This document shows positions 46,034 through 58,700 of a DNA stretch of 64,000 bases, piece by piece. The notes below the pieces were generated by a model. The model was given only the letters and a program-made list of their open reading frames with translations, was not told where the DNA came from and searched no databases. Each line of letters begins with the position of its first letter. Within the stretch, counting starts at the first letter, position 1. Position numbers and translations under genes: made by a program. Source of the DNA: Octopus sinensis (Eukaryota); contig NC_043007.1 of assembly GCF_006345805.1 (NCBI RefSeq), positions 22,010,001 to 22,074,000 of the forward strand, written 5' to 3'.

Positions 46034-49000
46034 TATATATATATGTGTGTGTATGTATGTGTGTGTTTGTGTGTCTGTGTTTGTCTCCCCCAACATTACT
46101 TGACAACCGATGCTGGTGTGTTTACGTCCCCGTAACTTAGCGGTTCGGCAAAAGAGACCGATAGAATAAGTACCAGGCTTCCAAAGAATAAGTCCTGGGG
46201 TTGATTTGCTCGACTAAAGAGTAATTGCGAGGATCCCGTACAAAATCATACCATAAAATATAGTGAGAGTGTTTGGAGAAGTTCAGTTCCTTTCATAGCA
46301 AGTGTTGCTGAAGCAAATAATGACATGTTTCTGGCTGTTAGTGAACTTTTATTTTTCTTTTTTTTTTTTTATGTAAAACCATATTTTTGAATGGAATGCA
46401 AATTGCTCCACCAACTTCACCTGAAAAGGACGCCAGTCCATTGTATAGTTAACCCCTGTGTGCCACTGAAACCCATTTTCAGTTGAGTGCACTGGAGCGA
46501 TGTGAAATGAAGTGCCTTGTTCAAGAATATAATGCATTGCTTGATCAAGAATGTCGAAGCATATGGCCTAGTGGTTAGAGCAGCGGACTCCCGATCGAGG
46601 GATCGCGGGTTCGAATCTCAGACTGGGTGATGTGTATGTTTATGAGCAAAACACCTAAGCTCCATGTGGCTCTGGCAGAAAGTATTGGCAAACTTCTGCT
46701 GATTCTTTCGCCACAACTTTCTCTCACTCTTTTCTCCTGCATCTTGCAGCTCACCTGCGACGGACTGGCATCCCGTCCAGGTGGGGAACCTATACGCCAA
46801 GGAAACTGGGAAACCGGCCCTTATGAGCCAGGTGTGGCTCGAGAAGGAACAAACAACATTGCTTGATCAAAGGTTTGAACCCACAACTTGATGATTGTAA
46901 TCTCAATACCCTAACCACTAGGACGCCATGCATTTTTGCTATATAACTACTCTCTCATCATCATCATAATTCAATGTCCATTTTCCATGCTATGTATTTT
47001 TAAAACGATGTTGTAGGATAGGTGTGAGAGGCCAACTCTGTCTGGTCTGAACTTAAGGTGGCGAGCTGGCAGAAACGTTAGCGCGCCAGGCAAAATGCTT
47101 AGCGGTATTTCGTCTGCCACTACGTTCTGAGTTCAAATTCCGCCAAGGTCGACTTTGCCTTTCATCCTTTCGGGGTCAATAAATTAAGTACCAGTTACGT
47201 ACTGGGGTCGATGTAATCGACTTAATCCCTTTGTTTGTCCCTTCTATGTTTAGTCCCTTGTGGGCAATAAAGAAATATCTGTCTAGTCTGAACTTAAAAC
47301 AAGTAGAATATTTTGGTCAGATATGGCCAGTTTAAATGCTAAAGGATTAATCATGCCCTTTTCTTCAACATTTTGCAGGTCTGTCAATGATGGAGGTGCT
47401 GTGCATGACCAACAGTTGAGGTCATTTGCACAGAAACACGGGGTCATTCCAGAGGTCAGTAAAAGCTCAGGAAGCTGTAGTGTTGACAAAGAGCATTGTT
47501 CTAGTAGTAACCAGTATTCAATCACTGCTTCTCAACGTCCAGTCGATGGCCATCATACTCTGGTGACACTTAACCCTGCTTTTGGAGAATCTGTCCATGG
47601 TATTCGTGTCCTGCAACAAATTACACCTTTCCGAACAACCACCATAGATGTAAGTAAACAAATATATTAACCCCTTTAAGTCTGTAAAGTAAAAATCATT
47701 GTCATCCATGCTAGCGGGGTGCAAAGAGCACCATACGAGTGTGATCGTTGACAGAGAGGCTATTCAAGTATGATCGTTACCAGCGTCACCTTACTGGTAC
47801 TTATGCCTGTGCTAGTAGGGAGCCAAGAACACCATCCGAGCATGATCATTGTGATCATTGCCAGAGCAGTCAACTGGCTTCCATACCCTGGGCATGTAAA
47901 AGGGCACCATTCGAGCGTGATCATTACCAACGTCGCCTTACTGGCACCTGTGCCGGTGGCATGTGTAAAAAGATTCGAGCGAGGTCATTGCCAGTACTGC
48001 TTGACTGGCCCTTGTGCCAGTGGCACATAAAAAGCACCCACTACACTCTCGGAGTGGTTGACGTTAGGAAGGGCATCCAGCTGTAGAAACACTGCCAGAT
48101 TAAGACTGGAGCCTGGTGCAGCCATCTGGTTGCCAGCCCTCAGTCAAATCGTCCGACCCATGCTAGCATGGAAAGCGGACGCTAAACGACGATGATGATG
48201 AAGAACTCAGAAAAATACCCCACTATCAAAAATGAGTTAATCCTTTTCAAGGCAACCTACCTGTGACCACCCTTTGTTCTGTGATACAAACTTCTTGTTT
48301 TAACCCTTTAGTGTTCGCATTATTCTGCCAAAATTAATCCTTTTTTATCCACATTGCCTTGAACTAATCAGGCATTATCTTGGTGCCATGAGATTTTGAT
48401 GAGGTAGCTGTCAATTTTTAAAACGATATTGTAGGGTTGGTGTGAGAGACCAGATCTGGCCAGTTTGAACATAAAACAGGCAGAATACTTTTGGCCGGAT
48501 ACGGCTGGTTTAAATGCTAAAGGGTTAAAGTGTTCTAAATTAAAACCTTCCTTTGAAATTTCATGTTAATTTCATGTTAATATAACCACCAGTTTAATAA
48601 TGATTTATTTCACAAAAAAAATTTTTTTTCTAAATGCTACAGTTTTTCACTTCCTAACTTGAATTTAATCAATATTTCTTTGTCATTGGACAGATCAATC
48701 AAACTGGAGACTCTCTTCAACTGCAAACATCGAATGTTGCTAAATTCCAGCTTGTAAAAAGTTTGAATCGAGCAATAAACTGGACATCAGTTAATGTTGT
48801 TGTAAGTATGGTTATGGTACTTTACTGTCTAAAATATAATAAGTTCTTTATATACATATATACAGGCGTAGGAGCGGCTGTGTGGTAAGTAGCTTGCTTG
48901 CCAACCACATGGTTCCGGGTTCAGTCCCACTGCGTGGCACCTTGGGCAAGTGTCTTCTGCTATAGCCTCAGGCCAACCAAAACCTTGTGAGTGGATTTGG

Positions 49001-49975
49001 TAGACGGAAACTGAAAGAAGCCTGTCATATATATGTATATATATATATATATATATGTATGTATATATATATGTGTGTATATATATGTATGTGCCGGTGG
49101 CACGTAAAAAGTACCATCCGAACGTGGCCGATGCCACTACCATGAAACTGGCCCTTGTGCCGGTGGCATGTAAAAGCACCCACTACACTCTTGGAGTGGT
49201 TGGCGTTAGGAAGGGCATCCAGCTGTAGAAACACTACCAGATCAGACTGGAGCCTGGTGCAGCCTTCTGGCTTCCCAGATCCCCGGTCGAACCGTCCAAC
49301 CCATGCTAGCATGGAGAACAGACGTTAAACGATGATGAGGATGATGATGATGTGTGTGTGTGTGTGTTTGTGTGTCTGACTGGATTTCATTTTTCTATGT
49401 TGCTGTTACGTTTTGTTTCTTTTTATTTCAGGTTGATGCTGACTTCACTGTTCCTCCAACCTCTGTGCACACGATGATGAACACACCTGATAAAGAACAC
49501 CTGTGCAGAGCTGAAGGTTAACTTCACTTATTTCTCATGGTTCATTTTATGGTTGTTTGGGAGTGGTTTTTTTTTTTGCAACTATTCATAAATTTGATTA
49601 AGATAAGGTGCAGACATGACTGAGTGGTTAAGAAGTTAGCTTCCCAACTACATAGTTTTGGGTTCAGTATGTGTGTTTGTGTCTGTTTGTCCCCCCCCCA
49701 CATCGCTTGACAACCGATGCTGGTGTGTTTATGTCCCCATAACCTAGCGGTTCGGCAAAAGAGACCGATAGAATAAGTACTCTCTCTCTCTCTTTTTCTT
49801 GTTTCAGTCATTTGACTGCGGCCATGCTGGAGCACCGCCTTTAGTCGAGCAAATCGACCCGGGACTTATTCTTTGTAAGCCGAGTACTTATTCTATCGGT
49901 CTCTTTTGCCGAACCGCTAAGTGACAGGGACGTAAACACACCAGCATCAGTTGTCAAGCAATGCTAGGGGGACAA

Positions 49976-50031
<56 letters not shown>

Positions 50032-50354
50032 GACAGGCTTCTTTCAGTTTCCGTCTACCAAATCCACTCACATGGCATTGGTCGGCCTGGGGCTATAGCA
50101 GAAGACATTTGCCCAAGATGTCACGCAGTGGGACTGAACCCGCAACCATGTGGTTGGTTAGCAAGTACTAGACTTACACAGAATAAGTCCTAGGGTCGAT
50201 TTGCACGACTAAAAGGCGGTGCTCCAGCATGGCCGCAGTCAAAAGACTGAAACAAGTAAAAGAGTAAAAGAGAGTACAATTCTTGGCTTGTACTGCAAAT
50301 TACTCATACAATAGTGCACTTGTACTGTAAGGTTCTGCTGTATATGTATTCGCA

Positions 50355-50391
<37 letters not shown>

Positions 50392-53300
50392 TTAGTGTGG
50401 GCTGACTGAAATAAAAAGGAGTTTGCCACAGCATGATAGAAATTAGTATTTTATTTTGGTTGAGTCCGTCTTTCATTTGTTTGAATTTCACCTGTAGATG
50501 CATAGAATCATCAGACTAGTTGTGACTGAAGGTCCTGTAAATATACAGGTGAAACTCAGAGACTGGCTTCACCCAAATAACATGAGATGCTGTGTGGTAA
50601 ATAGCTTGCTTACCAACCGCATGGTTCCGGGTTTGAAACCATTATTATTATTATTGTACTGGGGGTTAAGGGTCAGATGTAATTGTACTGGGGGTTAAGG
50701 GTCAGATGTAATTGACAACTCCACGCCCTCAAAATTTCAGGTCTTGTGCCTATAGTAAGAAAATTATTATTATTATTATTGAGTGAGAGAGCAGTTCATG
50801 CCATCAAAGTGACACTGGGGTAAAATATACGAAGCCCAGTATACCCATCATGACAACCTGTCTGATAAGGGTACACCAGGCACATGCATCACAACCATTT
50901 GAGCAGAATATTTGCTGTAGCCCATCTTTTATACCAAGACAAAACAATGTACATGATAACACTTCCAATCAGTTAAGATCAGAAGCCATGAGAGCCACTG
51001 CTATTATTATTATTATTATTATCATCATCATCATCATTATTTTTTCATTATTATCATTATTATTATTATTATTATGAGTTTTTTTTTCCTTCAGTTTTGT
51101 TTCCCGCCCAAAAAAATAATCAAAGCTTATTATAATTTTTGTTATTTATATTGTTGTCATTGAAGGTGAATGGTCTATATGTACTGAAAACAGGGAAACC
51201 AGCCGAGACTATCGTAATTATGGGCCTGCAAGACGTGTGGCTGAAAAACCCTTCTTGATAGTAACCGGTATGTCTTAGATTTTCTTACTTTCATATCAAT
51301 GTAGTTTTTATTTTCAGTTTTCGCAAGTGTTTCCTTGATCTTTAAATTAAACTTTCTATCAGAATTTCATATTAATTTATGTTCCTAACACCAGTTAAAT
51401 TCCTCATTATTTCCAAAATTAATTGATACAAAAGCATTGCATGTCAACAGAAATATGGCCATGAAAGGGTTTAGTCTGTTTTTATTCCTGATTTAAAAAT
51501 TTAAAAACGATTAATAAAAAAACCCATTTCAGACACATTTCAATTTAATATGTTTTACTTTCAGGTACTTTAGGTTCTGTAGTTACTAACCAAATACTAC
51601 TACAACTCGCTGTATATATTTCCAACCACTTCTGGCTTTCATCGGATACTTCAGCAGCCATTGTTAAAGATACTGAGGTACCACTAGAAAAACTAAGTAA
51701 GTTAAGCTGGTTCAATCCCAATCAAAATATGTTATATTTCTCCTACAGTCTGTTTTAAATGTTTTTTTAATATTTACCTGAGTTAAGAAGGAAAGGTATG
51801 CATAAGTGGGATGTAGCCAGTCCACTTATGCATACCTTTCCTTCTTGGGACGCAAAACTCTACTTGTGAAGACCTGTTGAGGCAAGTGTAAATGGAAATC
51901 GATCAACATCAATGGAAATTACAGCTGTGAACTATCCGAACGTGGCCGTTGCCAGCGCCGCGCCCGACTGACCTCGTGCCGGTGGCACGTAAAAAGCACC
52001 ATCCGATTGTGGCCGTCGCCAGCCTCGTCTGGCACCTGTGCCGGTGGCACTTAAAATGCACCCACTACACTCACGGAGTGGTTGGCGTTAGGAAGGGCAT
52101 CCAGCTGTAGAAACATTGCCAGATCAGACTGGAGCCTGGTGCAGCCCCTGGCTTCCCAGACCCCGGTCGAACCGTCCAACCCATGCTAGCATGGATAGCG
52201 GACGCTAAATGAAGATGATGATGATGAAGGCAATGAACTCTCAGAATCATTAGCACACTAGGCAAAATGCTTAGCAGCATTTCATCTGATACCTGTGGAA
52301 CATCTCCATCTCCTATTATAATTATTTTTGTAGTTTCAAGGATTTGGAACACGAAGAAGTTCACAAGCGGAGTACAATTCAATAGCCATTTTCCTCCTTG
52401 GGACACAAAACTCTGCTTGCGAAGAACTGTTGAGGCAAGTGAAATCGAAATCGATCAAAAAAAAACATCAATGGAAATTGTAGTTGTGATACCAGTGCCG
52501 GTGGTACGTAAAAAGATCCATCTGAACGTGGCCGTTGCCAGCGCCGCCTCATCTGGCCTCCTTGCTGGTGGCATGTAAAAAGCACCAACAGATCGTGACC
52601 GTTGCCAGCCTCGCCTGTCACCTGTGCCGGTGGCATGTAAAAAGCACCCACTACACTCTCGGAGTGGTTGGCGTTAGGAAGGGCATCCAGCTGTAAAGAC
52701 ACTGCCAGATCAGACTGGAGCCTGGTGCAGCCTCCTGGCTTCCCAGACCCCGGTCGAACTGTCCAACCCATGCTAGCATGGTAATGATCACGCTCGAATG
52801 ATGCTCTTTTACATGCCACCGGCACGGAAGCCAGTTGGCTGCTCTGGCAACGATCACACTGGGATGGTGCTCTTGGCACCCTACTAGCACGGGCACAAGT
52901 GCCAGTAAGGCAACGCTGGTAACGATCACATTCGAATGGTGCCTTGTCAACGTTCACACTTGTATGGTGCTCTTTGCACTCTGTTAGCATGGATGCCAAG
53001 TGTACATGAATGCATTTTCAACAGGAAAAGTTAAGATCAAGGAAAAAAAAAATACATAACAACGGAAGCTTCACTGCTGTGGGTCACAGGGTTGGTATCG
53101 CTGAATCTACCATTTGTTCCATTTAGAAAGTGCGTGGGAGATGATTCATTTATCACTGATCAATTTATTACTGTGACATTTTTTACAACCAAATCCTCTT
53201 GATAATTGAGGATAGATGTATTGTATTTTAGAAGAATCCGGTTTATATATGAAGGAATGATAGATACAATTTACAAATCAAATTTAATTTTTATTTAAAC

Positions 53301-53673
53301 TGCTGTTGACTAAAGACATTGTGTATATTGCGAGTAATCTTATCTTATTAATGGTATATATTCATTTCAGAGAAAAGAAACCTCATAATCATAGGTGGCC
53401 CTAAAGAAAACAGCTTAACATCTGAATTTCTTAAAAAAATACCTATAAACATTGAAGGTAATGATATTTCATATTTTTTCTTGCATGACCAGTTGTGTTG
53501 GTAGAGTACAAAACTCTTAATCTTGGGGTCGTGGGTTCAAGCCCCATGCTGGGCAAATACTTCGTAACCCTTTACCATTTAAACAGGTCATATCAGGCCC
53601 AAATATTCTACTTATTTTGTGTCTAAACCAGCCAAATCCAGGCTCTTACGCATACCCTGCAATGTTAAAATAT

Positions 53674-53706
<33 letters not shown>

Positions 53707-55104
53707 TACAAATATATAAAGACACTATTCTCATTATCATATTAGGAGATTATTGATCTTCAGCACATTAACTGTCCCAGGAAGGCTTTATACAGGTTGT
53801 ACAGAACCACTCTTTCCATCCGTTTTTTCCATCCAATATTCCGGGAAGGCTTGTGGGGATAAAGTCTTCAGGCACCCCCTCCATAGGGTTCTATCAGAAG
53901 CAACTGTCATTACACTTTCTACTGGATTCCCACACACTGACTAACTGAGTCTACGGATATTATCCAACCATTTCATTCTTGGTCTATACCAAAGTCTCTT
54001 ACCAGTTGGCCTGGCTTCAAGAATCCATCTCGTGATTCTTCTTGCAGACATTCTAATTACATTTCTGTAATACTGGAACTGTGATCACTCAATGCAGAGA
54101 AATAGCAGCTTGACCTGGAGAGACTCCCTCATCCACAGATGGCCATCTCTTTGCAGGAACCCCATTTCAGCTTCTTGTATTCATGATTATATTCATTGGG
54201 TCATTACCATAATTTTAAAAGAACATGCAAATGTATACTGCTGCCATTTTCACCTTGTTTTCTCTTATTCTACAGATAATAAAATTATTTTGGAGAAATG
54301 CAAATTCAAGTATTCACGTTCAGGAATCTTGTCTTTGGTACCAAATGGATTCGACAACTTGGCGTTGTTATTGATGGGTCAGTCTTTTGAAGGATTACTT
54401 GATATTGTTTCTCTGGCAACGCCTACTATACCACCAATGTGTAGGTCTCCTGTAAGTCTGTTGTTTTATTCTTCATCCCAATAACATGACTGCGAATACC
54501 TCTTTATTGTCTTTTTATTTATTTCCAATCTAATTCCTGCTAATGCCAACCGTCACTGGTTTACCAGTTCTAGTGAGTGTTCTTGATGTCATAACCTTAT
54601 CTGATACTAGCAGTATAGCCCAGCGTTGCTCGGGCTTGTTTTCTTTTCGACCCTTTAGAATTGGAATTTTTGAAAAGTAAAAATTTTGCATTATGTAGCT
54701 TGTTATTCTCTTTAAGTGAACATTTTTCTGGTTGAAATACACCGAAAAATGGCGACACAGCAGTCAAAAGATCGTAAAAAATAGGGATTTTCATAGAAAG
54801 AAAGCACCTTTTTGATGTAAATAATTTCAAGACAAAGATCCTTTGAGAGGGGACAGAGAATTGGAGGAGGTGACTTTGTGCATGTTTTTTTTTTTTAAAT
54901 ATATCCTTAAAAATTATTTTTGATAAGTTTCATTGTCTTTTTTTTTTTTTCTTTCTATTTCAGTTTTCTAATCTCATCCCTGATTTTGTGATAACGGGTC
55001 CTTCGTTTCCTCTGAAAGGCCCTGGTGGATTTCTTTGCACTGGTTTTTGGGGCAACGAATGGGAATTTAGGGCAGACATATCTTCGTGTTCATGCCATGC
55101 ATAG
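32971..55104 (+). CDS. Uncharacterised secreted TPR-like + alpha/beta hydrolase (peptidase S9-like; resembles proteins I recall annotated as 'secreted protein ARB_06907-like'), 14 exons, 2949 nt / 982 aa
   Basis: Exons: 32971-33066, 35544-35660, 36524-37758, 39663-39793, 40382-40508, 42887-42986, 44585-44733, 47379-47649, 49432-49516, 51166-51267, 51565-51696, 53371-53457, 54276-54451, 54964-55104. Phases chain without stops. Features: N-terminal hydrophobic signal peptide, TPR-like segment, LLTLHG, GHSMG nucleophile elbow, IGENDRTV (Asp) and GKEHWWW (His). The family label is from memory, not from a search. Confidence 0.88.
35544..35660 (+). CDS. Hydrolase exon 2
   Basis: ttttccag acceptor, CAG|gtatgt donor, 117 nt open. 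Confidence 0.85.
35955..36362 (+). mobile_element. Near-consensus family A SINE in hydrolase intron 2
   Basis: Complete head, body and tail with CpGs retained. Confidence 0.88.
36524..37758 (+). CDS. Hydrolase exon 3 (TPR-like region through LLTLHG...APTR)
   Basis: Track ORF 36557..37762; ctcttcag acceptor (in-frame alternative AG at 36552-36553), AAG|gtaaat donor. Confidence 0.93.
39663..39793 (+). CDS. Hydrolase exon 4 (HGAHNWEGPG...VIFS), ends at a GC donor
   Basis: ttttcacag acceptor; CAG|gcatgt is the only donor I find that keeps frame into exon 5. Confidence 0.85.
39879..40226 (+). repeat. 26-bp minisatellite (about 13 copies of GGCACCAGCACAGGTGCTTTATATGT)
   Basis: Read directly; lies in hydrolase intron 4. 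Confidence 0.92.
40382..40508 (+). CDS. Hydrolase exon 5 (GHSMGGHGAWHLA..., catalytic Ser)
   Basis: ctcttcag acceptor, AG|gtttgt donor; Ser codon TCA at 40387-40389. Confidence 0.92.
40950..41420 (-). pseudogene. Decayed mariner transposase C-terminal fragment
   Basis: LLQHDSAPAHTA...YPASSPDLAPSEFH. Confidence 0.7.
41440..41800 (-). pseudogene. Decayed RTE ORF C-terminal fragment (similar piece at about 9560-9735)
   Basis: MREKLDIRGIRCSVQERRLCWYGHVM matches the C-terminus of the intact ORF (REKLDLRSISCGVQERRLRWYGHV). Confidence 0.75.
42887..42986 (+). CDS. Hydrolase exon 6
   Basis: tttcag acceptor, AAG|gtaatt donor, 100 nt. Confidence 0.9.
44585..44733 (+). CDS. Hydrolase exon 7 (GIPVLARIGENDRTV...GKEHWWWDTW)
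   Basis: aaag acceptor, TG|gtgagt donor; candidate catalytic Asp and His. Confidence 0.92.
44830..45372 (+). mobile_element. Representative 5'-truncated copy of the RTE 3' UTR (about 20 such copies in the window)
   Basis: gtgccggtggcacgtaaaaagcacc subrepeats, then aggaagggcatccagctgtagaaac, ccatgctag(c/t)atgg and a (gat)n tail, as at 55779-56378. Confidence 0.85.
47379..47649 (+). CDS. Hydrolase exon 8
   Basis: ttttgcag acceptor, GAT|gtaagt donor; inside track ORF 47323..47670. Confidence 0.9.
49432..49516 (+). CDS. Hydrolase exon 9
   Basis: tatttcag acceptor, AAG|gttaac donor; phase links exons 8 and 10. Confidence 0.75.
51166..51267 (+). CDS. Hydrolase exon 10 (EWSIC...NYGPARRVAEKPFLIVTG)
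   Basis: tgaag acceptor, CCG|gtatgt donor. Confidence 0.88.
51565..51696 (+). CDS. Hydrolase exon 11
   Basis: ctttcag acceptor, A|gtaagt donor. Confidence 0.88.
53371..53457 (+). CDS. Hydrolase exon 12 (NLIIIGGPKENS)
   Basis: atttcag acceptor, AAG|gtaatg donor. Confidence 0.9.
53830..54230 (-). pseudogene. Old RTE-type ORF 3' fragment in hydrolase intron 12
   Basis: ILEARPTGKRLWYRPRMKWLDNI...VASDRTLWR. Confidence 0.6.
54276..54451 (+). CDS. Hydrolase exon 13 (...ATPTIPPMCRSP)
   Basis: tctacag acceptor, CCT|gtaagt donor. Confidence 0.9.
54964..55104 (+). CDS. Hydrolase exon 14 (FSNLIPDFV...GFWGNEW...SCSCHA*)
   Basis: Polypyrimidine tract + tttcag acceptor, TAG stop. Confidence 0.9.
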   Translation, partial: FSNLIPDFVITGPSFPLKGPGGFLCTGFWGNEWEFRADISSCSCHA

Positions 55105-55528
55105 GAAATGGCTTTCACATCTTCCTTTCAACACATCTCAGTATATGTTGAAGATTATGAAATGAAATTTCTTTTTTTTTTTTGATAATTTATTTTTGTA
55201 AGTATTCTTTCCTATTTTCTTAATTTTTCCCTTTCTTCCTTCTGTTTTTCTTATCTTTCTGTATTGACATTTATTTCCTTTCTTGAATTATATTACATTG
55301 AAGAAGAAAAAAAAAAAGACCTACTGTTTCAGTCTACCAATTTCCTAACACACACACACACATACACACACATATACATATGTACATGCATACACATTTA
55401 TATATATATGCACATATATATATACATATGCATATATATGTATGTATATATATATTATATTTGTGCATGTAAATACATATATATATATATATATATATAA
55501 TATATATATATATTGTACATATACATAC

Positions 55529-55559
<31 letters not shown>

Positions 55560-55689
55560 ATATATTTGTACATATACATACATACATATATATATATATT
55601 TGTACATATACATACATACATACATATATATATATATTTGTACATATACATACATATATATATAATATATAATATATATATTTGTACAT

Positions 55690-55746
<57 letters not shown>

Positions 55747-55778
55747 TACAATACATCCATACACACATATATATATAT

Positions 55779-58700
55779 CATCATCATCATCATCATCATT
55801 TAGCGTCCGTTTTCCATGCTAGCATGGGTTGGACGGTTCTACTGGGGTCTGTGAAGCCAGAAGGCTTCATCAGGCCCAGTCAAATCTGGCAGTGTTTCTA
55901 CGGCTGGATGCCCTTCCTAACGCCAACCACTCCGTGAGTGTAGTGGGTGCTTTTTACGTGCCACCCGCACTGGTGCCAGACAGAGCTGGCAAACGGCCAC
56001 GAACGGATGGTGCCTTTTATGTGCCACCGGCACGAGGGCCAGGCGAGGCTGGCAACGGACACGAAACGGGGCGGTGCTGGCAACGGTCGCGAAACGGAAA
56101 GTTCTCTTACATGCCACCGGCACTGGTAACACATCTGCAATTTCCATTGATCGATTTCATTTCGATTCTGATCCTCACTTGCCTCAATGGGTCTTCACAA
56201 GCAGAGTTTCGACATGCCACCGGCACTGGTAGCACACCGCAATTTCCATTGATCGATTTCGATTCTGATCCTCACTTGCCTCAACACGTCTTCACAAGTA
56301 GAGTTTTGTGTCCCAAGAAGGGAAGGTATGCATACGTAGGCTGGCTCCATCCCATGTAGAAGGCCACGGGTTGTGGACTCACTTGTCCTGCCGGGTCTTC
56401 TCGCGCACAGCACACTTCCAGAGGTCTCGGTCTCTAGTCATTTCCTCAGTGAGACCTAAAGTTCGAAGGTCGTGCTTCACCACCTCGTCCCAGGTTTTCC
56501 TGGGTCTGCCTCTTCCACAGGTTCCCTCAACCGCTAGGGTGTGGCACTTTTTCACACAACTATCTTCATCCATTCTCGCCACATGACCATACCAGCGCAA
56601 ACGTCTCTCTTGCACACCACAACTGATGCTTCTTAGGTCCAGCTTTTCTCTCAAGGTACTTACACTCTGCCGAGTGTGAGTACCGGCATTACACATCCAT
56701 CGGAGCATACTGGCTTCATTTCTAGCGAGCTTACGCATATCCTCAGCAGTCACGGCCCATGTTTCACTGCCATGTAGCATGGCTGTTCGTACACACGCAT
56801 CATACAGTCTGCCTTTCACTCTGTGCGAGAGGCCTTTTGTCACCAGCAGAGGTAAGAGCTCTCTGAACTTTGCCCAAGCTATTCTTACTCTAGCAGTTAC
56901 ACTTTCAGCACACCCACCCCCGCTGCTGACTTGGTCACCTAGGTAACGGAAACTATCAACTATTTCTAGTTTTTCTCCCTGGAAAGTGACGGAAGTTGGT
57001 CTCAGAGCATTTTCAGTGTTTATTGTTCCTGAGCATCTGCCACATACAAAAACCATCTTCCTAGTTAGCCTTCCTTTGACATTGCTGCATCTCTTATGTG
57101 TCCATAGCTTACACTTGGTGCATCTTATAGAGTTTCTACCTACACCTTTTCTACAGATCGAGCAGGGCCATCTACCTGAAGGTGTTTGTGATTTGTCTAC
57201 CTTCCTACTGATTACGACTTTGGTTTTAGCTAGATTGACTCTGAGGCCCTTCGATTCTAATCCTTGTTTCCACACCTGAAACTTCTCCTCCAGTTCTGAT
57301 AGCGACTCAGCAATTAGAGCAAGGTCATCAGCATAGAGGAGCTCCCAAGGGCATCCTGTCTTGAATTCCTCCGTTATTGCCTGGAGGACTATGATAAATA
57401 GGAGGGGGCTGAGTACTGAGCCTTGGTGGACCCCTACCTCTACCCGGAATTCTTCACTGTACTCATTTCCAACCCTCACCCTACTAGCGGCGTCCCTATA
57501 CATGGCCCGCACAGCTCTCACTAACCATTCATCTATCCCTAGTTTTCTCATTGCCCACCAGATAAGGGATCGGGGGACCCTGTCGAAGGCTTTCTCCATG
57601 TCAACAAAAGCCAGGTACAGGGGCTTATCTTTGGCTAGGTATTTCTCCTGCAGCTGCCTTACCAGGAATATAGCATCAGTAGTACTTTTCCCTGGCACAA
57701 ACCCAAACTGCATCTCATCTAAACTAACTCTCTCTCTAATTAGTTGGGCTATGACCCTCTCCGTAACCTTCATCACCTGGTCCAACAGCTTGATACCTCT
57801 GTAGTTATTTGTATCTAGGGCATCACCTTTACCTTTGTAGCAGTTGACTATTATACTGCTACACCAGTCATTGGGTATGACCCCTTTGTGTATCACCTGA
57901 TTAACTATATGGGTGACTAGGCTATAGCCGACACTACCAGACATTTTGAGCATCTCTGCAGTGATTCCTGATGGGCCTGGGGCTTTCCCTGTCTTCATGC
58001 TTCTAATTGCCTTAGCTACCACAGAACTATCAACTCGGATAGCTGGTCCCTCTGTTGGGTCAACATTCGGCAGACTCTCTTTATCCCATTCATTTTCTTC
58101 ATTCAGCAACCTTTCATAGTGGCATCTCCAAACCTCTCTCTTCGCATCCTCATTTAGCGCAAGTGAACCATCTTCCATGCGAACACACTTCTCTCCTACC
58201 ACATCACGATTCTCTCTCAAACACTGTCTTGCAACACGAAACACCTCCAGTCTTTGGTCCTCACGGCGCAGAACATTGGCAAATTTTTTCTTATCTGCTT
58301 CCCCTCTGGCTAAATAAACCTGTCTCCTAGCTTCTCTTTTGGCAGTCTGATACAATTCCCTGCTACCCCCATTTTTCCAGACCTTCCAAGCCTGTCTCTT
58401 TTCTCTAATAGCCCTGTCTACAATATTGTTCCACCACCACGTTATTCTAGGTCGAGAGGGGACTTTGCACCAGCCACAGATCTGGTCAGTGGCTCTCAGC
58501 AGGTTGTCCCTTAGAAACGTCCAGCTGTCTTCTACCCCCTGTGATGCTCTATCCCCTTCTACTTCGTCAGAGGCTTCAAGTAATATGTCCCTAAATCTCT
58601 GTCCATTTGCAGGATCTTTAAGCTTCCAGATCCTTCTTCTCCATATTTGTCGTCTTCTGGTTGTCCTCCTAGTCCTGATCCTAAAGTCACTAACTACCAG

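Noticed and set aside
55840-55875. CUGAUGA in the RTE 3' UTR (minus strand) as a hammerhead
   Set aside because: It is followed by a hairpin but has no GAAA or cleavage-site arrangement
55264-55937. YIYIYI/ICIC-rich ORFs here and at 160, 638, 814, 45777, 48829 and elsewhere
   Set aside because: They are translations of TA/CA microsatellites
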